Below, one piece after another: positions 40,537 to 49,933 of a stretch of 64,000 nt of DNA; position 1 is the first letter of the stretch; each line of letters opens with the position of its first letter. Source of the DNA: Myxococcota bacterium (GTDB lineage: Bacteria > Myxococcota_A > Polyangia > Nannocystales > Nannocystaceae). The DNA lies in NCBI GenBank assembly GCA_039028615.1, contig JBCCHT010000007.1:160001-224000 (forward strand). The letters run 5' to 3'. Both the position numbers and the translations under genes were made by a program. The notes beneath the pieces were generated by a model. That model ran no database searches. It had not been told where the DNA came from and saw nothing but the letters and a program-made list of their open reading frames with translations.

Positions 40537-41133
40537 CTACTGCCCCGACTGCAGGAAGGCCTCGCGCACGCCAGCCATGTAGTGGACCTCGCGCAGGGGA
40601 ATGAGCACGCGGCCCTCGGCATCGAGGATGTTCACGCTCAGCTCGGCCTCGTCGAGGGTGTCGGGGCGCAGCGAAGATCCGCCGTCCTTGGACTCCACCA
40701 CGGGCGCGACCTCGTCGATGACCGCGAAGGAGAAGTAGGACTGCCCGTTGTCGGCGATCTCTTCGCTGTCGAACTCGGTGCGGCGGTAAAAGCCCGGCGC
40801 ATCGAGGATGACGTTGACGTTGCCGAGCTTGTCGCCGTCGGCCGCCTCGGCGAGGAAGTCGTGAATCGAGTGGGCAATGACGAGCACGCGGATCTCGTTG
40901 CCGGTCAGCTCCCAGACCACGCACAGCGGGCAGTCGGCATCGTTGCCGCCCAAGATCGGGCGCACGGACACCGCCGTGGTCGCCTCGTCGTCGTCGGCCT
41001 CGCCAGCGTCGCCGCTGCTGGCTCCCTCGAGGGGATCGAGCATGGTCTCGGCCTCGGGAGCACATCCCGCGTAACCGAGGGCCGTGGTGAACAGCGCAAC
41101 CGCGCAACTGCGTGCAAGTCGAGTCTGGGGCAT
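40537..41133 (-). CDS. Hypothetical acidic lipoprotein, last gene of the sigma/CHAT module
   Basis: Lipobox YAGC; CPLC motif; beta-rich. Confidence 0.7.
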   Translation of the reverse strand: MPQTRLARSCAVALFTTALGYAGCAPEAETMLDPLEGASSGDAGEADDDEATTAVSVRPILGGNDADCPLCVVWELTGNEIRVLVIAHSIHDFLAEAADGDKLGNVNVILDAPGFYRRTEFDSEEIADNGQSYFSFAVIDEVAPVVESKDGGSSLRPDTLDEAELSVNILDAEGRVLIPLREVHYMAGVREAFLQSGQ

Positions 41134-41159
41134 TCGTGTCTCGAAGATCAGTGGGGGGC

Positions 41160-41196
41160 TACAGATCAGTTGGCACTCGGTCGGCTCGATTTGACG
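41160..41196 (-). promoter_or_regulatory. Candidate ECF promoter, copy 1: CGTCAAAT-N14-GCCAA-N7-GTA
   Basis: Same elements and spacing as 45349-45385; ends 26 nt upstream of ATG 41133. Confidence 0.65.
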
Positions 41197-41199
41197 CAG

Positions 41200-43878
41200 T
41201 CAGCGGGACCAAACTCGAAATTCATACCAGGGGGGCTCGGAACGGCCACGATCGCGAGCTTCACGCCAGATCAAATGCAGGGCTTGGGCCGCATCCAGGC
41301 CGTTCTCGGCCATTTGTTGCACCATGGCGGGGCCGAAGCTCGCCCCGACCCCGCTGCCGATGTCCGTGGGTGCCGCCACCACGTCGGCCGAGCCTGCGAG
41401 CAGCAGGGCCTGGACCAGGTTGAGCCCCCCCGTGGAGGACAGCAGGTCGGGGTTGGCCAGCTCGCAGCCGACGAGCAGGACGTGCCGAGGCACCGACGGC
41501 AGGGCCAAGACCTCGTGCGGACCGAGATAGCCGCCCTCGCCCAGATCGAGTGCGGTGGTGGCCAGCGCCCGCCGTGGCCCCTCGATGCGCGCGACCGGTT
41601 CGGAGCCCTCGCCTCCCATCGCAGAGATCTGAGCGCCGTGCCCAAAGTAATAGAAGAGGTCGAGGCCAGCCAGGCTCGACTCCAGGGGACCGCGGGCGAG
41701 CTGCTGCGGCGTCTCGGCCCGGGTCACCGCCCAGCCCGAGCGTCGTAGCGTCGCGTCGAGCTCCGAGACGTGCTCCGCCCACAGGTCGAGCCGTCGCAGG
41801 CGGTCGACGTTGGCAAAGGCCAGCAACCCGCGAGGCGCCTGCTCGCCGCGAGGTCGCGCAACGGCCGGGAGATCGAGCGAGTACGAGACGGGAAGTCGGG
41901 CGATGAGCGGTTTGCCATCGATGCGACCGCGATGGAGATCGAGGTCGAGCACGGCGGGCGTGGGCAGGATTCGCACCCGCTCGGCCACGGCCAGGGGCGC
42001 CGCCACGGGCTGCACGAGCGCATCGACGACGCCGGGGTCCGCCGACGCCAGCGGCACCCGAACCCCGGTGGACGTGGCCTCGGCCCGGCCGTCGGCATCG
42101 AGCGTCAGGGCCCATAGCTCGCCGCCGATGGGGGTGAACGCCAACCAGACTTCGCCCGCCGCCAGCGTCGCGCCCTGCTCACAGCTCGCCCCCAGATCCC
42201 CGGGGCTCGAGCCGAAGGCGTGCCGCATCATCGGACGTCGATTGGCGCGGCGAAGGGCACACAGCGCGTCTTCGACCCGGCCCTGCTCGACCAGCAGCGC
42301 CGCGAGACCATCGACGGCCGCGCGATGCATGTATGCGATGCGATCGAGGCGAGTCCCAGCGGAGCCCTCGGCGAGCTGGTCGAGCTGAGCCTCGGCTTCC
42401 CGATAGGCGGCTTCCGCCTCGGCCTCGTGCCCTCGCGCGTGCTCAATGCGCGCGAGCAGGACCTGCACCGCCCACTGACGCTCGGGGATGCGACGCGCGG
42501 CGGTGGCCCGGGCCGCCGAGGCGTGCTCGAAGGCTTCGTCGTGCCGCCCCTGCGAAAGCGCGAGACGGGCCAGCAGCTCCCGACGCTGGGTCTCGTACTT
42601 GGTGGTCGCGATGACCTCCGCATCGAGTTCCTCGAGGTGCGTCCGCGCGCGCTCGAGGTTCCCGTCGACGAGCGCGGCATGGGCCAGCTTGATCTGCAGG
42701 TGCGCGCGCTCGACCGGCTGAGCGGACCCACAGGGCGATGCGACTGCGCGCTGGAGCACCGCGGTCGGGTCTCCGAGGTCCAGCCCCCCGTACTCCGCGG
42801 CGAGGAGGCGGAAGTACCCCTCGTCGGACCAGCGGCGAAACGCGTCGCAGTCGTCGGTGGGCTCGGGGAGCGTGCTCATGATGCGCTCCATCTCTCCCCA
42901 GCGACCGCTCAGCGCCATCACCTCGGCCAGGCGGCGCTCGGCCGGGGCCAGGTGGGGATCGCGGGTCTGCGCCGCTCGGGCGATCACGGCGCGAAGCCGG
43001 CTCTCCGCGTGCCCATATCGACCCCGCCGCAGCGCATCGACGCCCGAGTAGTAGTCGAACATCGCATGAGGAGCGCGATCGTTGCAGCGGGCACGCCAGT
43101 CTTCGTGCAGGACCGGCGAAGCCTCTTCGGCGAACGACTGGTAGCCGAGCCAGATGTCGATCGAGACCGCGGTGCACAGCGCCGACCACCGCTCCAACTT
43201 CGCGGCCAAGGGGATCAATCGCTGGATGACGGGGCGGACGAGCGCGAGGCGGCGTTCGGCGGAGCGTCCCGCCTGCCGCGACCGAAGCTTGCGCAAAAGC
43301 TCCAGCGCGGCCACCTGCTCGGACTCCGCGAGGCCACCGAGACCCGCCTCGACCCGGTCGGCCAGCGTGCCGTGCTCGGCCGGATCGAAGCCCAGAGCCT
43401 TGGCCTCGGCCCGCCATGCCGCGACCGCGGTCGATCCCGCCGTCCACCGGATCTCGCCCGACCATCGGATCTCGGACCCCACACGCAGCTCGAGGATTTC
43501 CATCGAGCCCACCCGGGCCGTCGAGACCGGCACGCCGAGGTCATGGTGAGTCCCGCCCGCGACGAGGGCCGAGACCGCTCCCACCGAGCCACCACCACGG
43601 GCCAGGTCCCACTCGCCCTCGGTCGTATCCCCCTCGATCCAGACATCGAGGCCATGGACGTCGCCCTCGGAGGCATCGGGGGACACCACGATCTCGCAGA
43701 CGCCGTCGTCGTCGATGGTCGTGCAGCGCAAGGGCCGAGCCTCGCTGCGTCGCTCGACCAGGGTCTCCCACGTGCGACGGCGCGAGCTCGACTCGGGCTC
43801 GTCGCACGCAATCAGCCCGCAGGTCAGCGCGACGAGGCCGAGCCATCTACAGCGCTTCGGCACCTGCAACCTCGACAT
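41200..43878 (-). CDS. Lipoprotein with TPR-like helical region and C-terminal CHAT (caspase-like) protease domain
   Basis: Lipobox GLIAC; ILPTPAVLDLDLH, FYYFGHG (His), LLVGCE (Cys), ALLLAGS..VVA. Confidence 0.85.
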   Translation of the reverse strand: MSRLQVPKRCRWLGLVALTCGLIACDEPESSSRRRTWETLVERRSEARPLRCTTIDDDGVCEIVVSPDASEGDVHGLDVWIEGDTTEGEWDLARGGGSVGAVSALVAGGTHHDLGVPVSTARVGSMEILELRVGSEIRWSGEIRWTAGSTAVAAWRAEAKALGFDPAEHGTLADRVEAGLGGLAESEQVAALELLRKLRSRQAGRSAERRLALVRPVIQRLIPLAAKLERWSALCTAVSIDIWLGYQSFAEEASPVLHEDWRARCNDRAPHAMFDYYSGVDALRRGRYGHAESRLRAVIARAAQTRDPHLAPAERRLAEVMALSGRWGEMERIMSTLPEPTDDCDAFRRWSDEGYFRLLAAEYGGLDLGDPTAVLQRAVASPCGSAQPVERAHLQIKLAHAALVDGNLERARTHLEELDAEVIATTKYETQRRELLARLALSQGRHDEAFEHASAARATAARRIPERQWAVQVLLARIEHARGHEAEAEAAYREAEAQLDQLAEGSAGTRLDRIAYMHRAAVDGLAALLVEQGRVEDALCALRRANRRPMMRHAFGSSPGDLGASCEQGATLAAGEVWLAFTPIGGELWALTLDADGRAEATSTGVRVPLASADPGVVDALVQPVAAPLAVAERVRILPTPAVLDLDLHRGRIDGKPLIARLPVSYSLDLPAVARPRGEQAPRGLLAFANVDRLRRLDLWAEHVSELDATLRRSGWAVTRAETPQQLARGPLESSLAGLDLFYYFGHGAQISAMGGEGSEPVARIEGPRRALATTALDLGEGGYLGPHEVLALPSVPRHVLLVGCELANPDLLSSTGGLNLVQALLLAGSADVVAAPTDIGSGVGASFGPAMVQQMAENGLDAAQALHLIWREARDRGRSEPPWYEFRVWSR

Positions 43879-44632
43879 GCACCCGCCGCCGCAGGCAGGG
43901 ACCGGACCCCGCACAGGCGCCCGGTTGCCCGATCTGCACCACGAGTTCCCACCGCCCGATGCTGAGCTGGTCGGCGATCTTGGTGCTCAGCTCGAACGCG
44001 CGTGCGGACTTGCGCTGTGCCGAACCGAGGCCGATCACGCTCATCTCGGACTTCGTGTCGGTTCGCGTGGCCTCCACCGTCGCCACCACGTCCTTCGGCA
44101 GGTCCATGTCGGCATCGATGAACAGCACCAGCTCGTATCCCGGCCGATACACCCGCGTGCGCTCGCCGAGACCCAGTCGATCGGCCGTGCCTCCCACTTG
44201 CACCTCGACCCCCGCCGCGGTCGACAGGGGTGTCGATGCGATCGGCGATGGCGACTGGGCCTGCCAGGTCAACGCCACCCCCGCGGCGGCCGCCGCCACG
44301 ACCCCGTGGGTCAGCACTCGAGCCCCACGCCGTCGCCACGGAACGACCTTGGCCACCGTCGCGGGCGCGGGCGCAGACGCGGGTTCCATCGCCGCTGCCA
44401 CGGCCATGCGCTCGATCTCTGCCATCCGCTGCGTGCTCGGGGGCGCGAACAATTCCGCGTCGAGTTCGACGCCTTCGTCGTCGGCCTGCTGCGCCCGCGC
44501 CTGCTCGACACTGCTGTGACCCTCGAGCACCCGCTGCCACGGCTCGGGGCACTCGGCCTCGGCCTGGTCGATTCGATCGGCCACCGCCAGCGCTTCGAGC
44601 ACCTGCTCGGGGCTCGGCTTCGACTCGCTCAT
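43847..44632 (-). CDS. Putative single-TM anti-sigma factor
   Basis: Acidic helical N-terminus, KVVPWRRR followed by a TM, beta-rich C-domain; ATGA overlap with the sigma gene. Confidence 0.65.
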   Translation of the reverse strand: MSESKPSPEQVLEALAVADRIDQAEAECPEPWQRVLEGHSSVEQARAQQADDEGVELDAELFAPPSTQRMAEIERMAVAAAMEPASAPAPATVAKVVPWRRRGARVLTHGVVAAAAAGVALTWQAQSPSPIASTPLSTAAGVEVQVGGTADRLGLGERTRVYRPGYELVLFIDADMDLPKDVVATVEATRTDTKSEMSVIGLGSAQRKSARAFELSTKIADQLSIGRWELVVQIGQPGACAGSGPCLRRRVHVEVAGAEAL

Positions 44633-45273
44633 GCCTCGCCTCCGCCGCGCGGCGCCTCGACCCGCTCCACGATCCCCGCGATGCGCTTTTTGAGCCGAGC
44701 CACCCACTGGTACACCGCATCGCGGCTCATCGAGTGCTCGTCGGCCACCTGCTGCACCGGCTTCTCGTCGACGTATAGCGACCAGTAAAGCTCCCGGTCA
44801 CGGGACGAGAAGGTGGCAAACAGCTCCTTGCGGACCTTCTCCACGTACCAGTGATCGAGCACGTCGAGCGACTGTTGAGGCCGCCCCTCGAACCAATCGG
44901 TGCCGGGCAGCCACGTCTGCGAGGGGTCGTTGTTCTTCTTGGACAAGTCGCGCCGACAGATTCGATAGGTGATGACGGCCAAGTACCCGCTGAGGCTCGC
45001 GCCCCGCTGCGGGTCCCACTGCCGGAGCACGCGCCCCTGGTCTTTGAATAGCTCGAGCATCACGAGTTGGATGAGGTCGTCTCGGAGTTCAGCGATGCTC
45101 CCCGCCGACCGCCGAGGCCAGCGACGCAAGCACTTGGCCACATGGCCACGCACGATGCCCCCCACCCGCTTCGCGAGCCGCTCGAGATCGCGACCACCAT
45201 CACGCAGCGCCGCCCGGATCCACGAAGGAGTCGGGGTGTCGCCGTCGCCGGGAGGTTGTCGCTCGTCGGTCAC
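44629..45273 (-). CDS. ECF sigma-70 factor
   Basis: DDLIQLVMLELF, WDPQRGASLSGYLAVI, VQQVADEHSMSRDAVYQWVARLKK. Start GTG 45273. Confidence 0.85.
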   Translation of the reverse strand: MTDERQPPGDGDTPTPSWIRAALRDGGRDLERLAKRVGGIVRGHVAKCLRRWPRRSAGSIAELRDDLIQLVMLELFKDQGRVLRQWDPQRGASLSGYLAVITYRICRRDLSKKNNDPSQTWLPGTDWFEGRPQQSLDVLDHWYVEKVRKELFATFSSRDRELYWSLYVDEKPVQQVADEHSMSRDAVYQWVARLKKRIAGIVERVEAPRGGGEA

Positions 45274-45348
45274 TACACGCAGATGCGAACAATGATTGAG
45301 CGAGAAGACCGCGAATGGGTAGGGCCGTTGCTCAGGGCATGCGCTGCA

Positions 45349-45385
45349 TACCCAGGGATTGGCGCCCACCTTCCGAAATTTGACG
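45349..45385 (-). promoter_or_regulatory. Candidate ECF promoter, copy 2 (autoregulatory)
   Basis: CGTCAAAT-N14-GCCAA-N7-GTA upstream of the sigma gene. Confidence 0.65.
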
Positions 45386-45439
45386 AACCCGGGGATTCTT
45401 TTTTCGCCGCGAGTCCGCGCCCATGGCGCCTTGGCCGCG

Positions 45440-46195
45440 CTACCCGAACTTGGCCAGGGCCCGGGCCTTGGCCAGGCGCAACAAGAAGTGCGGGTTGCCC
45501 AGCAGGTAGCGCTTGGCCTTGTGGGGCTGGCGGACCAACAAGTGCAGCCACTCGTAGCCGAGCCCACGCACCCAGGCCGGCGCCCGCTCGAGGTCCCCCG
45601 ACCAATAGTCGAACAGGCCACCCACGGCGACGGCCAGCGGCACCTTCAGCTGGTCCTGGTGACGATCGATCCACCGCTCCTGCAGGGGGTTGCCCATCCC
45701 CACCAGCAGCATGTGCGGCTTCTTGTCGTTGATGTCCGCGATGACCTCGGCACTGGACTGCGCGTCTTGGACGTAGCCGTGGTGGTAGCCCACCTGCTCC
45801 CAGCCCGAGAACATCTGCCGCGCCCGCTCGGCCGAGCGCCCGATCGAATCCTCGCGGGTACCGAGCAGGTAGTAGCGGTAGCCCTTGCCCCCCGTCTCCG
45901 AGAAGAACAGCGGGGTCAGGTCCGTGCCGTTGACGTTGTCCTGCAGGCGCTCGCCGTACAGGAACCGCGTGGCCCAACGCACGCCGGTCCCGTCTCCGAA
46001 CACGTAGTCGGCCCGCTTCAGCACGCTGCGATAGTCGGCGTCCTCGGTCGCGGTGTTGAGCGTGTGCGTGTTGACGAAGTAGATGCTGCGGCAGCGCTCG
46101 CCCGACTCGTTGATGAGCCGCTCGAGCAGCGCCACCGCGTCGCCCATGGTCAGGTCAGTGACCTCGACGTCGAGGACCGAAAACGTACGTAGCAT
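45440..46195 (-). CDS. WecG/TagA/CpsF (GT26) glycosyltransferase
   Basis: VNTH, DGTGV, VNGTDL, HHGY, LVGMGNPLQERW, VGGLFD, RAP.W...G.EW. Confidence 0.93.
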   Translation of the reverse strand: MLRTFSVLDVEVTDLTMGDAVALLERLINESGERCRSIYFVNTHTLNTATEDADYRSVLKRADYVFGDGTGVRWATRFLYGERLQDNVNGTDLTPLFFSETGGKGYRYYLLGTREDSIGRSAERARQMFSGWEQVGYHHGYVQDAQSSAEVIADINDKKPHMLLVGMGNPLQERWIDRHQDQLKVPLAVAVGGLFDYWSGDLERAPAWVRGLGYEWLHLLVRQPHKAKRYLLGNPHFLLRLAKARALAKFG

Positions 46196-46385
46196 GGGCA
46201 AATCCCGCTCGGATGCATATAGCAGCGGGCATTGAAAGTCCAGGCGAGCGGCCGCCGACCACCGTTACGCGCCCACCTCATCGCGCCCGCGCAGCATCCG
46301 CGATCGGGAGTGCATTCGCCCCGCTCGACCTCGCCCGCCCGCCGCTTGCTCGGCCCCCGGTCGGCGCGCATCATGAGCCCGCGAC

Positions 46386-47273
46386 ATGAGCCGCACGCCC
46401 GACTTCATCATCATCGGCGCCATGAAGAGCGCGACCTCGACGTTGCATGACCAGCTCGCCATGCAGCCGGGCATCGTCATGTCGGACCCCAAGGAGCCCA
46501 ACTTCTTCAGCGACGAAGAAAACTGGGCCAAGGGCATGGGCTGGTACACAGGCCTGTTCGCCTCCGCGAAGCCGGGCGACCTGTGCGGGGAATCCTCCAC
46601 GCACTACTCCAAGCTGCCCCGCCACCCCAAGGTCACCGAGCGCCTCCAAGAGCACGTGCCCGACGCCAAGTTCGTGTACGTGATGCGGCACCCCATCGAC
46701 CGCTTGGTGTCTCACTATATCCACGAGTGGACCATGCGTGTGCTCGAGATGCCGCTGTCGCGGGCGCTCGACGAGCACCAGGCGCTGCACGACTTCAGCC
46801 GCTACACCATGCAGCTGCGCCCCTACTTCGAGGCCTTCGGCCGCGAGCGCGTGCTGCCCGTGTTCTTCGACCACGTGCTCAAACACTCCCAGGCGGAGCT
46901 CGAGCGGGTCTGCGAGTTCATCGGCTACGAGGGCAAACCCCAGTGGAAGGACATGCGGGCGAGCAACGTCTCCTCCGAGCGCATGCGGGTCAGCCCCTTG
47001 CGCGACCTCATCGTCAACGCGCCCGGGCTGACCTACATCCGCAAGCGCTTCGTGCCGCAGAGCGTCCGCGATCGCATCAAGAAGCTGTGGACCATGCGCA
47101 ACCGGCCGCAGCTCACCGATGCCGAGCGCACCCGCCTCGCCAAGGCCTTCGACGAAGACCTCGCCGAGCTCGGCCGCTGGCTGGGCATCGACGACCTCAA
47201 CTGCGCCAACTTCAAAGAGCACACCCGCGACCACACCTGGAACTGGGTCGAGGGCAAAGACGCCGCGGGCTGA
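46386..47273 (+). CDS. PAPS-dependent sulfotransferase (second paralog)
   Basis: PDFIIIGAMKSATSTL, KEPNFF, GESSTHY, MRHPIDRLVSHY. Confidence 0.93.
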   Translation: MSRTPDFIIIGAMKSATSTLHDQLAMQPGIVMSDPKEPNFFSDEENWAKGMGWYTGLFASAKPGDLCGESSTHYSKLPRHPKVTERLQEHVPDAKFVYVMRHPIDRLVSHYIHEWTMRVLEMPLSRALDEHQALHDFSRYTMQLRPYFEAFGRERVLPVFFDHVLKHSQAELERVCEFIGYEGKPQWKDMRASNVSSERMRVSPLRDLIVNAPGLTYIRKRFVPQSVRDRIKKLWTMRNRPQLTDAERTRLAKAFDEDLAELGRWLGIDDLNCANFKEHTRDHTWNWVEGKDAAG

Positions 47274-47327
47274 TCCCCGAGCCCGCCGGGGTTGCGCCAC
47301 CCCCCGGTCGTGGCCGAGACTCGAACG

Positions 47328-48596
47328 ATGTCTCGTTGGCTTGTGACGTCGTTTGTTGGATTGGGTCTCGTCGCGTGTGGACCCTCGACCTCCCCGACCA
47401 CGGGGGATGGCAGCGGGACGACGGCGACCGATGGGGGCTCGACCCAGTCGGTGCCGGCCTCGGGCTCGGGAGAGTCGCAGCCGGCGACCTCGACCTCCGC
47501 GGCCACCGACACGACGTCTCCCACCACGGCGGCCGACGGCGCTTCGTCCGAGAGCACAGACACCGAGGGGGAGGTTGGCCTCGGCGAGGAGTGCACCTAT
47601 CACTTTCCCAACTGCGCCGATGGTCTCAAGTGCGTGCTCGTCCCCGCCGCCGAGAATCCGATGGCGGTCTGCGTCGAGGTGGTCGACGACCCCGTGCCCT
47701 CGGGAGGCGCCTGCGAGCTGGACCCGAAGACGGGGCAAGACAACTGCGACGCCACCTCGTTCTGCTCCACGTTCATCTTCAACGAGACGGGCTACTGCAC
47801 CGACTTCTGCGAGCCGGGCGACGAAGACGCTGGATGTGCCGACGAGACCAGGGAGTGCACCTCGTCGTCGAACGGCAACTACGGCTGCCTGCCGCGCTGC
47901 AACCCGCCCGATGAGCTGTGCCCCGACGGCCATGCGTGCGTCCTGTTTCCCCTATCGGGCAGCTATATCTGCACGGTCACCAATCCCGTGACCGAGGGGC
48001 AATCCGGGGACGTTTGCTATGCGCCGAGCGAGGCCTGCTCGGGGCAGTGCTATCAGTGCGCCGACGGGACCGCGTGCCTCGACGACCTCGACTATGGCCC
48101 CGGCTGCGACGAGGACCTCGGCTGCTGCGCCGAGTACTGCGACGTGACGGTGGGCGGGTGCAGCAACCCGCTGCACGAATGCATCCCCGTGCCCGGTGTC
48201 GACACGGACTTGCATCCCAACACCGGGCAGTGCGCTCTCCCGGAAGACTTCGACTGGTGTGACGGCACCGTCGAGAACCCTCCGCCCGGCCAGTGCCCGC
48301 CCGACGACGCCGAGCCGAACTACCCCTGGTGCTCCTCCTTCGACACGAGCGCTTGCACCGAAGGCCAGGTAATCCTGGGGGGCGGTGAGTGTGGGCACTG
48401 TTGGTGTAACGACTCCTGCGCCGCCGTGGACGAGTGCCCCGTACCTGCGACGGGCGTGGCCGAAGTGGTCTGCGACCCCGCCGTGGGCTGCTCGTTGCTC
48501 TGTAACGACGACGTCGACTGCCCCAACGGCATGGATTGCCGCTTTCACTCCGGCGAGCTGCGCTGCCTGTGGCAGCCCGACTCCTGCGCGTCGTAG
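47328..48596 (+). CDS. Cys-rich myxobacterial-type lipoprotein
   Basis: Lipobox LVAC, S/T linker, many Cys modules, GCCAEYCD; similar style to 6076..7113. Confidence 0.78.
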   Translation: MSRWLVTSFVGLGLVACGPSTSPTTGDGSGTTATDGGSTQSVPASGSGESQPATSTSAATDTTSPTTAADGASSESTDTEGEVGLGEECTYHFPNCADGLKCVLVPAAENPMAVCVEVVDDPVPSGGACELDPKTGQDNCDATSFCSTFIFNETGYCTDFCEPGDEDAGCADETRECTSSSNGNYGCLPRCNPPDELCPDGHACVLFPLSGSYICTVTNPVTEGQSGDVCYAPSEACSGQCYQCADGTACLDDLDYGPGCDEDLGCCAEYCDVTVGGCSNPLHECIPVPGVDTDLHPNTGQCALPEDFDWCDGTVENPPPGQCPPDDAEPNYPWCSSFDTSACTEGQVILGGGECGHCWCNDSCAAVDECPVPATGVAEVVCDPAVGCSLLCNDDVDCPNGMDCRFHSGELRCLWQPDSCAS

Positions 48597-48619
48597 CGAA
48601 CGGACGCCGAAAGCGCCGC

Positions 48620-48662
48620 TTGACAGGAGGGCTGCGTTCACTAAGTTCTGTTTTGCAACTCA
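48620..48662 (+). promoter_or_regulatory. Sigma70-type promoter TTGACA-N16-TAAGTT with overlapping palindrome AGTT-N9-AACT
   Basis: TTGACA 48620-25, TAAGTT 48642-47, AGTT 48644-47 and AACT 48657-60. Confidence 0.65.
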
Positions 48663-48680
48663 CTGACTTCGGACGCGACA

Positions 48681-49922
48681 ATGCCAGACTCCGAGACCAT
48701 CGCCCAAACCCTGGCCCAGCCGTTCACGCTGTCCAATGGCCAGGTCATCCGCAACCGGATCGTCAAGTCGGCGATGAGCGAGACGCTGGCCCCGGCCAAC
48801 AATCGGGTGCCCCCCACCATCCCCACCCTCTACGAGCGCTGGGCCCGGGGCGGCATCGGGCTGGCCGTGACCGGCAACGTGATGGTCGACCGCGCCGCGC
48901 TGGGCGAGCCGGGCAACGTCGCCGTCGAAGACGAGCGTGATCTCGAGCTGCTGCAGCGCTGGGCGCAGGCGGGGCAGACCGACGGCGCCCGCATCTACAT
49001 GCAGCTCAACCACCCCGGGCGCCAGGTCCCGCGCTTTCTCAACGAGGAATCGGTCGCTCCATCGGCGGTGCCCTTCGCCCCGCAGATGCAGAGCTTCTTC
49101 GCCACGCCGCGCGCCCTCACCGAAGCGGAGATCGAGGGCATCATCGAGCGCTTTGCCACCACCGCTCGCATCGCCGAGAAGGCGGGCTTCGACGGGGTCC
49201 AGATCCACGGCGCGCACGGCTACCTGGTCAGCCAGTTCCTCTCCCCGCACACCAACCAACGCGAGGACCGCTGGGGCGGCAGCCCGGACAACCGCCGCCG
49301 CTTCGCCCTCGAGGTCTACCGGGCAATCCGGGCCGCGACCGGCAGCGGGTTCGGGGTCGCGATCAAGATCAACTCGGCCGACTTCCAAAAGGGCGGCATC
49401 TCCGACGACGAGTCGAGCGGCACCATCACCGCGCTGGCGGAAGCGGGCATGGACTTCGTGGAGATCTCGGGCGGCAACTACGAGTCCCCCGCGATGATGG
49501 GCGCCAAGGCCAGCACGCGCCGCCGCGAGGCCTACTTCCTCGAGTTCGCCGAGCGCCTGCGCCAGCAGCTCGACTGCCCGCTCGTCGTGACCGGTGGGTT
49601 TCGCTCGGGCGCAGCCATGGCCGAGGCCATCGACAGCGGCGCGGTCGACCTGGTGGGCCTGGCTCGCACGCTGGCCATCGACCCCGACTTCCCAGGGCGG
49701 CTGGTCACCGAAGGAGACATCCGCGTCGACATCACCCCGCGCAAGACGGGCATCAAGCCCATCGACAAGCTGGGGATGCTCGAGCTGACCTGGTACGAGC
49801 GCCAGCTGCATCGCATGGCCCGCGGCAAGGAGCCCCAGCCCGACGCCAACCCGCTGCTGTCCGCCGTGGCGCACTCGTTCACCCACGGGTTCCGGGCCTT
49901 CCGAACCCGCCGCGCCCGCTAG
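48681..49922 (+). CDS. NADH:flavin oxidoreductase (Old Yellow Enzyme family)
   Basis: NRIVKSAMSE, QLNHPGRQ, GFDGVQIHGAHGYLVSQFLSP, EISGGNYE. Confidence 0.93.
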   Translation: MPDSETIAQTLAQPFTLSNGQVIRNRIVKSAMSETLAPANNRVPPTIPTLYERWARGGIGLAVTGNVMVDRAALGEPGNVAVEDERDLELLQRWAQAGQTDGARIYMQLNHPGRQVPRFLNEESVAPSAVPFAPQMQSFFATPRALTEAEIEGIIERFATTARIAEKAGFDGVQIHGAHGYLVSQFLSPHTNQREDRWGGSPDNRRRFALEVYRAIRAATGSGFGVAIKINSADFQKGGISDDESSGTITALAEAGMDFVEISGGNYESPAMMGAKASTRRREAYFLEFAERLRQQLDCPLVVTGGFRSGAAMAEAIDSGAVDLVGLARTLAIDPDFPGRLVTEGDIRVDITPRKTGIKPIDKLGMLELTWYERQLHRMARGKEPQPDANPLLSAVAHSFTHGFRAFRTRRAR

Positions 49923-49933
49923 GGCTGCCCGCC

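Noticed and set aside
41200..45273. Type III-E CRISPR (Craspase) locus
   Set aside because: No cas7-11, no repeat-spacer array, and the CHAT protein has a lipoprotein signal; only an analogy is claimed.
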